Positions 39,834 to 49,512 of a stretch of DNA of 64,000 nt are shown here, one piece after another. Location: assembly GCA_029932385.1 (NCBI GenBank), contig JAOZQE010000001.1, forward strand, positions 1,475 to 65,474. The letters are read 5' to 3'. The translations under genes were made by a program, and so were the position numbers. The notes beneath the pieces are model-generated. The model was not told the origin of the DNA. It worked only from the letters and a program-made list of their open reading frames with translations, and did not search any database. The stretch is from a bacterium. Lineage in GTDB: Bacteria > Desulfobacterota > Anaeroferrophillalia > Anaeroferrophillales > Tharpellaceae. Every line of letters begins with the position of its first letter. The stretch's first letter is position 1.

Positions 39834-40463
39834 TCACTCTTCTGCTATCAGTAATGAAAAGGCTTCCTTAAAATAAATATAGCCGGTCCACATTGTGTAG
39901 AGAAAAGCAATCCAGAGGAAAAAGATACCCACGGTATGTGCGTTCGCCCCGAGAAATGAATAATGGATAACCAGCGCGACAACCGCGATCATCTGAAAAG
40001 TAGTTTTATATTTTGCCAGGGTACTGACCGCAATCGACTGGCCGCGATCTGCAGCTATCGCCCGCAACCCGGTAACCGCAGTCTCACGGCAAAGGATAAG
40101 ACAGATCATCCAGGCCGGAGCCCGATGCAGATAAACCAGCATCACCATGGTTGACAACAACAAAATCTTATCTGCAAGAGGGTCGAGAAGCCGGCCGAGA
40201 TTGGATTCAAAGTCATACTTTCGGGCCATGTAACCGTCAAGCCCATCAGTAATCGCGGCGCCAACCACCAGCAGGGCGGTCAGCAGATTAAGCCAGCGAT
40301 TACCGGAATAGAGCAGAATTATGATCAGGGGGACAACCAGGATGCGGCTTAAAGTCAGAAGATTAGGAAGGTTTGCAGGTTTTTCCGCATATTGACGAGT
40401 TTTTGACAGAACCGAGAAACATCTCTTTTTGCACTGGGCTAAGAAACTTTCATTTTGGGTCAT
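39834..40463 (-). CDS. pgsA: CDP-diacylglycerol--glycerol-3-phosphate 3-phosphatidyltransferase (CDP-alcohol phosphatidyltransferase family)
   Basis: 209 aa; DGX2AR...GX3DX3D motif (DGLDGYMARK...LLDPLADK). Confidence 0.8.
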   Translation of the reverse strand: MTQNESFLAQCKKRCFSVLSKTRQYAEKPANLPNLLTLSRILVVPLIIILLYSGNRWLNLLTALLVVGAAITDGLDGYMARKYDFESNLGRLLDPLADKILLLSTMVMLVYLHRAPAWMICLILCRETAVTGLRAIAADRGQSIAVSTLAKYKTTFQMIAVVALVIHYSFLGANAHTVGIFFLWIAFLYTMWTGYIYFKEAFSLLIAEE

Positions 40464-40738
40464 TTTTTATTTATCCGCTCTTTCAAGTCTTTACCAACCT
40501 TGAAAAATGGCAAACGCTTTTTGCCGACCTCAATTGATTCACCGCTTTTTGGGTTACGACCGGTATAGCCTTTGTAATATTCGACATGAAAACTGCCAAA
40601 TCCCCGCAGTTCAATCCGCTCTTCATCAAGAAGAGCCTGTTTCATACTGTCGATAATTACATTAACAATCGTCTCAGAGACTTTCAGCTTAATGTCGGAA
40701 CGATTTGCCAGCTCTTCAATCAGTTCAGATTTATTCAT
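40460..40738 (-). CDS. HU/IHF-family DNA-binding protein (IHF-like)
   Basis: 92 aa; RGFGSF...GRNPKSGE arm motif; 4 nt overlap with pgsA start. Confidence 0.8.
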   Translation of the reverse strand: MNKSELIEELANRSDIKLKVSETIVNVIIDSMKQALLDEERIELRGFGSFHVEYYKGYTGRNPKSGESIEVGKKRLPFFKVGKDLKERINKK

Positions 40739-40966
40739 TGATAAAACCTATTTTACAAGACTAATTCCGGTCAACCGGGATTATATATGACTTTACACCC
40801 TCTCGACTTACCCCGAACCAAACCCTGAGAATTAAAACACAATCTCTTTATAAGGAGATTATCAGGCACAAGTTTTCAGTCGGGCACTAAATATCTTAAT
40901 TCATTAGCAATATCTAATTACCATTGTCAAGTAAAAATTGAAAAATAATTCGGATAAATTATCAAA

Positions 40967-42307
40967 TCAAGATTTTCGCCTGCGGCCTTCACGGGCTCTA
41001 AAATAGATTTTTACCGGAATTCCGTAAAAACCAAAACGTTCGATTATCCGATTTTCCAGATACCTGACATATGAAGCCTTGATTCCTTTAATTTTGTTAA
41101 CAAAGAAAATAAAGGTCGGCGGCGCACTGCGGGCCTGGGTAATGAAATAAAATTTCAGGGGGTGCCGATGAATCAGGGGGTGCTGATGGGCAACCACGAC
41201 ATCCGCGAGCCAGCGGTTAAGCTCACCGGTGCCGATCCGGCGGCTGTAAATTTCATAAACCGACTTCAAGGTCGGGAAAAAAGTTTTCAACCCCTTACCA
41301 TTTTTCACCGACAATTCCATAATTACAGGTTTATGAATCCCGGTCAATCTATAAGCCAGATCCTCTTTCAACGCCGCCAGCTGCCGGCCTCTATCAGAAA
41401 TGAAAAGATCCGTTTTATTAAACGCATAGATAACCGCTTTCCCTTTCTCATGGGCCAGAGATGAAATCTGTAAGTCCTGATCTGTAATTCCATCTGTGGC
41501 ATCAATCATCAGAACTACGATATTAGCAAAATCAATCGCCCTTAATGTGGCAACATTACTGAGACTTTCGACCTTTTCATGAACCCTTGCTTTACGTCGG
41601 AGACCGGCCGTGTCTAGAAAAAGGTATTCCTGGTTTTCATTGACTATTGAGATTTGAACCGCATCAACTGTAGTTCCGGGCCGACCGCTGGTGGTTAGAC
41701 GTTCACTGCCGGCAAGATAGTTAAGGAGTGATGATTTCCCGACGTTGGGTTTGCCGACAACGGAGATCCTGATCGCTTCATTATCCTCTTTCTCCTCGAC
41801 AGCCTCCACCCGCTCCGGCAGAAATCCGGCCAGAGCCTCTTTTAGATATGCAATCCCCTCACCGTGCTCTGCCGAAATGTGGTGAATTTCATCCATTCCC
41901 AGTGAGTAGAAATCGACACTGTTCTCTCTGACCCGAGGAGATTCACATTTATTGACGACCCAGAGAATCGGTTTCCCGCTCCGTCTTAAATAACGAGCCA
42001 GCTCACCATCTTCGGATCCAACTCCGCCCTGACCATCAAATAAGAGGATAATAATATCCGCTTCGTCAACCGCGGCCCTGGTCTGACGGCCGACATCTTT
42101 CTGGAGTTCATCCTCACTGCCGAAAACCAGGCCGCCGGTATCGACCAGCAGACACTCTTTACCTTCAACTTCAAGATCAGCAAAAATTCGATCCCTGGTG
42201 ACTCCGGGGATATCGGCAACAATAGCCCGGCGTGCCTTCAGCAACCGATTAAAAAGAGTCGACTTTCCAACATTGGGCCGGCCGACAATCGCTACACATT
42301 TCTTCAT
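40967..42307 (-). CDS. der: ribosome-associated GTPase Der (EngA)
   Basis: 446 aa; two tandem GTPase domains (GRPNVGKS, GKPNVGKS) plus KH-like C-terminus. Confidence 0.9.
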   Translation of the reverse strand: MKKCVAIVGRPNVGKSTLFNRLLKARRAIVADIPGVTRDRIFADLEVEGKECLLVDTGGLVFGSEDELQKDVGRQTRAAVDEADIIILLFDGQGGVGSEDGELARYLRRSGKPILWVVNKCESPRVRENSVDFYSLGMDEIHHISAEHGEGIAYLKEALAGFLPERVEAVEEKEDNEAIRISVVGKPNVGKSSLLNYLAGSERLTTSGRPGTTVDAVQISIVNENQEYLFLDTAGLRRKARVHEKVESLSNVATLRAIDFANIVVLMIDATDGITDQDLQISSLAHEKGKAVIYAFNKTDLFISDRGRQLAALKEDLAYRLTGIHKPVIMELSVKNGKGLKTFFPTLKSVYEIYSRRIGTGELNRWLADVVVAHQHPLIHRHPLKFYFITQARSAPPTFIFFVNKIKGIKASYVRYLENRIIERFGFYGIPVKIYFRAREGRRRKS

Positions 42308-42383
42308 TATAAATTTCCACTAAAGTAACATCTCTACCGCTTTTTTTTCCAATTTGGAGTCTTCTAATATGGTTTAGAGATTT

Positions 42384-42411
42384 TTGCAAGTCTTTCAACA
42401 TGAATTATAGT
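42384..42411 (+). promoter_or_regulatory. sigma-70-like promoter candidate (TTGCAA-16-TATAGT)
   Basis: Hexamers read directly from sequence; would initiate near 42418, about 100 nt before the terminator-like hairpin. Confidence 0.3.
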
Positions 42412-42489
42412 CCGACAGCAAACCTCAGGCAGTAGTTTTCACTTGCAAAAAATTGACTATTGGTGTATTGATAACATCCATTAACTGGA

Positions 42490-42521
42490 GCCGCCCGCCC
42501 GAAAGGCGTGCGGCTTTTTTT
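42490..42521 (+). terminator. intrinsic terminator-like hairpin 45 nt upstream of ftsH on the same strand
   Basis: GC-rich stem GCCGC-CCGCC / GGCG-GCGGC with a CGAAA loop followed by T7. Confidence 0.5.
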
Positions 42522-42565
42522 GAAGCCTGTCGCCAACTAACCCAAACCCGAAACTGAGTAATTAT

Positions 42566-44422
42566 ATGTCATCGTCAAAAAGAAATCAGGATATGAAACC
42601 TTTTTATAAAAATCTGGCACTCTGGCTTGTGATCTGTCTGGTTATGATCATGGTCTTCAACGTGTTTAATGCCCCGCAGACAGCAAAAAATGAGATCAGT
42701 TTCAGTAATTTTATAGATATGGTCGATTCCGGCCAGATCAGTGAAGTCACGATTCAGGGTCGTAATATCTCTGGCACCAACGGTTCTACAGCCTTCAAAA
42801 CCTACACGCCTGAGGATCCGACCCTGGTCAAGTTGCTGCGCGACAAAGGTATTCGCATCAGTGCCAAACCCGAAGATGAGTCACCCCTCTGGCAGTCAAT
42901 CCTGATCTCCTGGTTTCCAATGCTACTACTGATCGGAGTCTGGGTTTTCTTCATGCGCCAGATGCAGGGTGGCGGCGGCAAAGCAATGTCATTCGGGAAA
43001 AGTCGCGCCAAGCTGCTGACCGAGGATCAGAAAAAAGTCACCTTCAAGGATGTCGCCGGCATTGAAGAGGCCAAAGAGGAACTTGAAGAAATTATCAATT
43101 TTTTAAAGGAACCAAAAAAATTCACCCGTTTAGGTGGTAAAATCCCTAAAGGTGTACTGTTGGTCGGTGCACCGGGAACCGGTAAGACCCTGCTTGCCAA
43201 AGCAATTGCCGGTGAAGCTGAAGTTCCTTTCTACAGTATCAGCGGTTCCGACTTTGTTGAGATGTTTGTCGGAGTTGGAGCCTCCCGGGTTCGTGATCTT
43301 TTCATCCAGGGCAAGAAAAACGCCCCCTGCCTGATTTTTATTGATGAGATCGACGCGGTCGGTCGTCATCGCGGCGCCGGTTTGGGTGGTGGTCATGATG
43401 AACGGGAACAAACCTTGAACCAGCTTTTGGTCGAAATGGACGGTTTCGAATCCAATGACGGAGTTATTCTGCTGGCAGCTACCAACCGGCCCGATGTTCT
43501 GGATCCGGCCCTGCTCCGGCCCGGACGTTTTGACCGCCAGGTGTTCGTCCCCAATCCGGATGTCAAGGGCCGGGCGGGAATTCTCAAAGTTCATGCTCGC
43601 AAGGTGCCTCTGGCCAAGGATGTCGATCTTCATATCGTCGCCCGCGGTACTCCGGGATTTTCCGGAGCAGATCTTGCCAATCTCATAAATGAAGCCAGTC
43701 TCCTGGCCGCCCGTACTGACAAGAATGAGGTCGATATGAACGACCTCGAAAATGCAAAAGACAAGGTCATGATGGGAGCTGAGCGCCGCAGTCTGGTGAT
43801 CAGTAAAGAGGAAAAAAATATTACTGCCTATCATGAAGCTGGTCATGCTATGGTCGCCCGTTTTCTGCCCGGAACCGACCCGGTACACAAGGTAACAATT
43901 ATTCCCCGTGGCCAAGCCCTGGGTCTGACCCAGCAATTACCGATAGATGAACGTCATACCTATGATAAAGATTACCTGATCAACAATATCAAAGTGTTAA
44001 TGGGTGGTCGGGTAGCTGAAGAGATAGCCTTAAACAATATCACCACTGGTGCCGGAAATGATATTGAAAGGGCAACCGAAATAGCCCGGAAAATGGTTTG
44101 TGAATGGGGTATGGGAAAGATGGGGCCGGTCAGTTTCGGTAAAAAAGAGGAACATATCTTCCTCGGCCGGGAGATATCGGAAAAACGTAATTTCAGCGAA
44201 AAAACCGCCGTCGAAATCGATGATGAAATCAAAGAGATTGTCAGAGATGCTCATATCGCTGCCAGAAAACTGGTAAGCGAGCACCGCCGGGAACTGAATG
44301 CGTTGGCTGAAGCCCTGCTCGAGCGGGAGAGTATCAACGGCAGTGAAATCGACAAAATTATCGGCCTTGAAGTTGAAGAATCCCCGGTAGCTGAAAATCA
44401 GAGTACAGAGAGTGATGAATGA
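42566..44422 (+). CDS. ftsH: ATP-dependent zinc metalloprotease FtsH
   Basis: 618 aa; AAA module (GPPGTGKT), SRH, HEAGH zinc site; true start may be the internal Met at 42593. Confidence 0.95.
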   Translation: MSSSKRNQDMKPFYKNLALWLVICLVMIMVFNVFNAPQTAKNEISFSNFIDMVDSGQISEVTIQGRNISGTNGSTAFKTYTPEDPTLVKLLRDKGIRISAKPEDESPLWQSILISWFPMLLLIGVWVFFMRQMQGGGGKAMSFGKSRAKLLTEDQKKVTFKDVAGIEEAKEELEEIINFLKEPKKFTRLGGKIPKGVLLVGAPGTGKTLLAKAIAGEAEVPFYSISGSDFVEMFVGVGASRVRDLFIQGKKNAPCLIFIDEIDAVGRHRGAGLGGGHDEREQTLNQLLVEMDGFESNDGVILLAATNRPDVLDPALLRPGRFDRQVFVPNPDVKGRAGILKVHARKVPLAKDVDLHIVARGTPGFSGADLANLINEASLLAARTDKNEVDMNDLENAKDKVMMGAERRSLVISKEEKNITAYHEAGHAMVARFLPGTDPVHKVTIIPRGQALGLTQQLPIDERHTYDKDYLINNIKVLMGGRVAEEIALNNITTGAGNDIERATEIARKMVCEWGMGKMGPVSFGKKEEHIFLGREISEKRNFSEKTAVEIDDEIKEIVRDAHIAARKLVSEHRRELNALAEALLERESINGSEIDKIIGLEVEESPVAENQSTESDE

Positions 44423-45116
44423 TGCAAGAGAGATCCTCCAGATCCGGCTTCTTAACCGCGAATGGAATGTCAGGCGGGTAATTGCGGCAAAAAAAGTGAT
44501 GAAGCCTGATGTCGTTGTCGCAGAAAATAAGGGTAAGTTTATTGTTGCTAAGGATTTCCGTGACAGGACTTGGATTATCCGCTGTCTCTGGGGACCGCTT
44601 AATATCATGTATGAAAAATTCATTCTGCAGAAACTTGCGAATGTAAGCGAGATTCCAGCTTTTATAGGGCTCGAAGATTACAACTGCATGCTCATCAGCT
44701 ACATCGATGGCGACGAAATAAAAAAATCAAGTCACCGCCTGGCCCCTGACTATTTTGACAATCTTCTTAAAATAGCTGCCGATATTCACGCGCAAGGAAT
44801 CCTCCATTTTGACCTTGGCCACAAAACAAATGTCATGGTCAAACAAAATGGAGACCCGGCAATTATAGATTTTAACACGGCTCTCTACCTTCCCAAAAAC
44901 TTTTTTCTCTCTCCCCTGCACCGCCTTTTGACAAAAATTGATAACCTTTCAATCCTGCGTTTAAAAGTTAAATTTACTCCTGAGGATACAAATTTTCACG
45001 AAAGGAACCGGGTAAAAAACTTTCTACGTTTGAGAAAATTGTGGATTTTTGATAAACTTTCACGTAGAATTACCAATATGACAAAAGATAAAACTAAAAC
45101 CTCATCTTCATCTTAA
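44412..45116 (+). CDS. small protein-kinase-like fold protein (Kdo-kinase / RIO / YrbL-like; function unknown)
   Basis: 234 aa; catalytic-loop-like [14 protein letters not shown] and DFG-like IDFNTA; overlaps ftsH stop by 11 nt; low GC compared with flanks. Confidence 0.55.
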   Translation: MMNDAREILQIRLLNREWNVRRVIAAKKVMKPDVVVAENKGKFIVAKDFRDRTWIIRCLWGPLNIMYEKFILQKLANVSEIPAFIGLEDYNCMLISYIDGDEIKKSSHRLAPDYFDNLLKIAADIHAQGILHFDLGHKTNVMVKQNGDPAIIDFNTALYLPKNFFLSPLHRLLTKIDNLSILRLKVKFTPEDTNFHERNRVKNFLRLRKLWIFDKLSRRITNMTKDKTKTSSSS

Positions 45117-45129
45117 GCGATAGATTAAA

Positions 45130-46347
45130 ATGCGCAACTACTACGTCAGACTTCTCGAAATCCATTCTCCTAATGATGCCGCTTCATTAATGAAGCAGAT
45201 CGGCAGTGATCTGCATGGGGTGGCGCTGATGAAGAACAAGATGGTTCACTACAACTTCCGGGTCGGACCTCTGCCCGCTGCGGCGGCTAATATAATAAAA
45301 CAGGAGATGCTCTCAGTTGGTGGTGAAGCTGCGGTTACCCGCGGGGTAATCAACTGCAGTGCCGACAACTCTGATGCTATCTTAAGCGCAACCCGGAAAC
45401 AGTTTCGAAAATTCTGCCGGAAGCTCAGAGCCCAACCTTTCTCACTGGCTTTAATGGCTGACCGCATAGAGTCGGCCTTGAAGGCCAAAGAGACACTTAA
45501 GGGTCTCCCGTTTAAGTGTCGTGGTCTTGATGTTGATCTGAAAGAACGCTCACTGATTATGGGCATCCTTAATATAACCCCCGACTCATTCTCCGACGGG
45601 AACTGCTTTCTAACCCTGGATGATGCCCTTGCACAATCCCGAAAATTAGTTGCGGACGGGGCTGATATTATCGATGTCGGCGGTGAATCGACTCGCCCCG
45701 GAGCTGAAAAAGTTACCATTGCTGAAGAGCTTAACCGGGTCTTGCCGGTTATCAAGGCCCTGCGTCAGGAATTTCCCGAACTGCCGATTTCAATTGACAC
45801 CTACAAAGCCGAAGTCGCAGCGGCGGCGATGGCTGCTGGAACTGATCTCATTAATGATATCAGCGGATTTAATTTTGACTCCGGCATGGCCCAGGTTGCA
45901 TCTGAAACCGGAGCCTATTGCTGCCTCATGCATATCCAGGGAACCCCTGAGGCGATGCAGAAGAATCCTGAATACGAGGATCTTTTTGCCGAGATCAGTG
46001 CCTATTTTGAAAAAAGCATTGCCCGGGCTCTGGCCGCCGGAGTCGAGCGGGAAAAGATTATTCTCGATCCCGGCATTGGTTTTGGGAAAGCCCTGGAGCA
46101 CAATCTTCTGATTTTGAAATATCTGGCTGAATTTAAAGGTTTCGGCCTACCGCTACTGTTGGGCACTTCACGTAAATCATTTATCAAAAAACTGACCGGG
46201 GCCGAGGTCGATGAACGTCTTCCGGCCTCACTGGCAACGATAGCCCAGGGCCTGACCAATGGTGCCAATATCGTCAGAGTACACGATGTTGCCGCGACCA
46301 GACAGGCTTTAACTGTTATTGATGCGATCAACCATAGCCAACGTTAA
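45130..46347 (+). CDS. folP: dihydropteroate synthase with ~135 aa N-terminal extension of unknown function
   Basis: 405 aa; DHPS core begins at LIMGILNITPDSFSDG (residue ~136); pterin-binding barrel motifs follow. Confidence 0.85.
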   Translation: MRNYYVRLLEIHSPNDAASLMKQIGSDLHGVALMKNKMVHYNFRVGPLPAAAANIIKQEMLSVGGEAAVTRGVINCSADNSDAILSATRKQFRKFCRKLRAQPFSLALMADRIESALKAKETLKGLPFKCRGLDVDLKERSLIMGILNITPDSFSDGNCFLTLDDALAQSRKLVADGADIIDVGGESTRPGAEKVTIAEELNRVLPVIKALRQEFPELPISIDTYKAEVAAAAMAAGTDLINDISGFNFDSGMAQVASETGAYCCLMHIQGTPEAMQKNPEYEDLFAEISAYFEKSIARALAAGVEREKIILDPGIGFGKALEHNLLILKYLAEFKGFGLPLLLGTSRKSFIKKLTGAEVDERLPASLATIAQGLTNGANIVRVHDVAATRQALTVIDAINHSQR

Positions 46348-46366
46348 GCTAGTGTAGAAGTCAACT

Positions 46367-47179
46367 ATGACCGTATTTTTTGAGACCCTGATAAACAGCC
46401 GCTGGCTTGACGTTTTAGACATTATCATTGTCGCCGTCCTCATCTATCAGGTTCTGGTCATCATTCGCGGCACCCGGGCTTTCCAGATTCTTCTCGGACT
46501 TTTCCTGATTTTCATTACTTACCAGTTCTCCCTGCTTCTGGGATTCTATACCCTGCACTGGATTCTCAACGGCTTCTTAAGCTCAATCGTAATAATTGTC
46601 ATCGTCCTTTTCCAGAATGAATTCCGCCGGGCTCTGGCCAAATTCGGCAAGACCTCTTTTGTTCTGAATCCGGCTGAAGAGCTCAATTATCTTGATAAAG
46701 TCATTAAAGCCTGCACGACCATGTCATTAAAAAGAATCGGAGCACTAATTGTTTTCACTCGTGAAAATAAACTCCCGGTCATCGCTGAGGGGGGGGTTGA
46801 GATTAATGCAATCGTCAGTGATGCCCTGATTTTAAGTATCTTTAATCCGACCGCTCCGATCCATGACGGTGCGATCATTATTGATCACGGCCGGATTGTT
46901 GCCGCCGGCTGTTTTCTTCCCTTAGCCATCGAACCCATGATTGACAAAGTATATGGCACCCGGCACCGGGCCGCGATGGGGATATCTGAAGATACAGACG
47001 CAGTGGTGGTAGTCGTATCAGAGGAGACCGGCAAGATATCTCTCTCTATCGGCGGCAAAATAACCAAAGAGCAGAACCCTGAATCTCTGGGCCGTATTCT
47101 GAATAAATTATTTACGCCGCAACGCAACAAGTCCGGTTTAATTGCATCATTACAAAACGTTTTCCGTAACGGAACTTGA
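46367..47179 (+). CDS. cdaA: diadenylate cyclase (c-di-AMP synthase), membrane-anchored
   Basis: 270 aa; 3 N-terminal TM helices; DAC domain motifs DGA(IIID) and RHRAA, GTRHRAAMGISE. Confidence 0.85.
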   Translation: MTVFFETLINSRWLDVLDIIIVAVLIYQVLVIIRGTRAFQILLGLFLIFITYQFSLLLGFYTLHWILNGFLSSIVIIVIVLFQNEFRRALAKFGKTSFVLNPAEELNYLDKVIKACTTMSLKRIGALIVFTRENKLPVIAEGGVEINAIVSDALILSIFNPTAPIHDGAIIIDHGRIVAAGCFLPLAIEPMIDKVYGTRHRAAMGISEDTDAVVVVVSEETGKISLSIGGKITKEQNPESLGRILNKLFTPQRNKSGLIASLQNVFRNGT

Positions 47180-47186
47180 ATCTCAT

Positions 47187-48134
47187 ATGGAACAGATAAG
47201 ATCAATACTTTTCAGAAACCTGACATTAAAAATTCTGTCACTGGTTTTAGCCTCAGCACTCTGGTTCTTTGTCTCCGGCCGGAGTAAAACTGAACTCGCT
47301 TTGAGTGTTCCGGTTGAGTTTGCTTCCCTTCCGACAACCATGACTATTGTCAATAAAGTTCCCACCAGCATCCATATCCGGGTCAAAGGCACCAAGACTC
47401 TGCTGCGGCCTTTAACTGTAAATCCGCCATCACTTAGTGTCGATATGTCCAGTTCAAAAAGCGGGAAGAATATTATTCATCTGGCCCAGGAAACTTTCAA
47501 CGGACTCCCATTAGGAGTGGATGTGGTCAATCTCGACCCTGAGATCTTGACCCTCTATCTCGACCGTTTCATCGAAGCCACTCTGCCGATTAAACTGAAG
47601 ACCAAAGGCAGTCTGCCCCGGGGTTTTCAGATCAGAGATATCATTATTACACCCAAGATGGCGAAATTTAGAGTTTCTGAGGAATACCTTAAGGAACACT
47701 CCACAGTCCTTACTGAACCAATTGATTTAAGCCAATTACGCCAGACGACTAAAATTAAGGTTAACCTTATGACTCCTCCGGGCGAGTTGAAACTTCTCAA
47801 CCTGGAAACCAAAATAACTGCGACCGTAACTATCGGTGAAGCCTTAGCCCAGCGAGTGATCAAAGGCATCCGGATCAATTTTCTCAACCGCGATGAAGCT
47901 CTCGGCAGAATCGGCATAAGTAACTACTTCGTCGATCTGGTCGTCGAATGTCCACTCCTGATGCAGGTAGATAATATCCGTAAAAAAACCAATGTCAAGG
48001 TTGATCTGGCTGATCTTAAGATTGATAATGAAAAAGGTTATTATAGACTCCCGGTCAAAATCTCTCTCCCGGAAACCGTTAAGCTTCTAGCTATGGACCC
48101 GACCGAAGTTGAAATTGTTTTCAAAAAAAAATAA
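47187..48134 (+). CDS. cdaR: CdaA regulatory protein CdaR (YbbR-like domain protein)
   Basis: ~316 aa from the ATG at 47187 (the ORF track start at 47142 overlaps cdaA); N-terminal TM helix followed by repeated YbbR-like beta domains. Confidence 0.7.
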   Translation: MEQIRSILFRNLTLKILSLVLASALWFFVSGRSKTELALSVPVEFASLPTTMTIVNKVPTSIHIRVKGTKTLLRPLTVNPPSLSVDMSSSKSGKNIIHLAQETFNGLPLGVDVVNLDPEILTLYLDRFIEATLPIKLKTKGSLPRGFQIRDIIITPKMAKFRVSEEYLKEHSTVLTEPIDLSQLRQTTKIKVNLMTPPGELKLLNLETKITATVTIGEALAQRVIKGIRINFLNRDEALGRIGISNYFVDLVVECPLLMQVDNIRKKTNVKVDLADLKIDNEKGYYRLPVKISLPETVKLLAMDPTEVEIVFKKK

Positions 48135-48162
48135 GTTTGATTAACTGATACAAGGATAACAG

Positions 48163-49512
48163 ATGGGTAAATTATTCGGTACCGACGGGGTTCGGGGAGT
48201 TGCTAATATTGAGCCCATTACGGCTGAAACAGCACTCCAGATCGGGCGGGCGACAGCCTATATCTGCAAAGATAAAGATCACCGTCATAAAATCGTTATT
48301 GGCAAAGACACTCGTCTTTCCGGCTATATGCTCGAAAGCGCACTGGTTTCCGGAATCTGCTCAATGGGGGTTGATGTATTGCTTATCGGACCCATGCCGA
48401 CTCCAGGCATTGCCTTTATTACTCGCAGCATGCGGGCGGATGCTGGCATGGTAATCTCCGCATCTCACAATCCCTTCCAGGATAACGGCATCAAGATATT
48501 CTCCCGTGACGGGTTCAAACTCCCCGATCAAACGGAATCGAAAATCGAGAATCTTATTTTTGACCAGTCAATCAACCAGTTACGACCGACTGCTGATGAT
48601 ATCGGTAAAGCTTTCCGCATCGATGATGCCGATGGCCGTTATATCGTTTTTCTTAAAAATACATTTCCTGCCCATTTAACCCTGGAGGGAATGAAATTAG
48701 TAATCGATTGCGGCAACGGTGCCGCCTACAAGGTTGCACCGTCGGTTTTCAGCGAACTCGGGGCGAAGGTCATCTCTATCGGCATCGATCCGGATGGTAC
48801 CAACATCAACTCCGACTGCGGCTCCCTCCATCCCGAAAAACTTAAAGCCCGGGTGCTGGCTGAAAAAGCCGATCTCGGCATTGCTTTTGATGGTGATGCT
48901 GACCGGGTAATCTTTGTTGACGAACATGGGAATGTGGTTGACGGTGATCAGGTCATGGCAATTTCAGCCCTGCATATGCAGAAGCAGAAACTCCTTAAAA
49001 AAGATACCCTGGTTGCCACCGTAATGAGTAATATGGGTTTGGAAAAGGTTTTAAGTGAGGCGGGTATCAACCTTGTCAGAACTCAGGTTGGCGACCGTTA
49101 TGTTGTCGAAGAGATGCGAGCGCAAGGCTATAACTTCGGTGGGGAGCAGTCCGGGCATCTGATCTTTCTCGATCATAATACTACCGGCGACGGTATTCTC
49201 TCAGCCTTGCAGATTCTATCGGTTATCAGAACTACAGAAAAACCCCTCTCTGAACTTGCAAAAGTTATGGAGATATTCCCCCAGATACTGATTAACACTC
49301 TCGTCAAAGAGAAAATTCCGATAACTGAGGTACCCGCCTTAAACCGACACATCAAAGAAGTTGAAAAGGCCATCAAGGACCGCGGTCGACTACTGATCCG
49401 CTATTCAGGCACGGAGAATAAACTGCGGGTCATGCTTGAAGGCGAGAACTATGATGAGATCAAAAAATATGCCGAAGAACTAAGTGCTTCAGTCAAGAAC
49501 TTTCTCGGCTAG
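48163..49512 (+). CDS. glmM: phosphoglucosamine mutase
   Basis: 449 aa; active-site SASHNP and GEQSGH motifs. Confidence 0.9.
   Translation: MGKLFGTDGVRGVANIEPITAETALQIGRATAYICKDKDHRHKIVIGKDTRLSGYMLESALVSGICSMGVDVLLIGPMPTPGIAFITRSMRADAGMVISASHNPFQDNGIKIFSRDGFKLPDQTESKIENLIFDQSINQLRPTADDIGKAFRIDDADGRYIVFLKNTFPAHLTLEGMKLVIDCGNGAAYKVAPSVFSELGAKVISIGIDPDGTNINSDCGSLHPEKLKARVLAEKADLGIAFDGDADRVIFVDEHGNVVDGDQVMAISALHMQKQKLLKKDTLVATVMSNMGLEKVLSEAGINLVRTQVGDRYVVEEMRAQGYNFGGEQSGHLIFLDHNTTGDGILSALQILSVIRTTEKPLSELAKVMEIFPQILINTLVKEKIPITEVPALNRHIKEVEKAIKDRGRLLIRYSGTENKLRVMLEGENYDEIKKYAEELSASVKNFLG

Noticed and set aside
43430-43460. GGTTTCGAATCC tRNA T-loop-like sequence
   Set aside because: It sits inside the ftsH reading frame with no cloverleaf context. 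No tRNA genes were found in the window.
43130-43936. 268 aa ORF on the minus strand (also 44030..44623 and 43972..44232)
   Set aside because: These ORFs lie entirely antisense within the well-supported ftsH coding sequence. They are low-complexity (S/G/T-rich) translations typical of antisense frames in GC-balanced genes.
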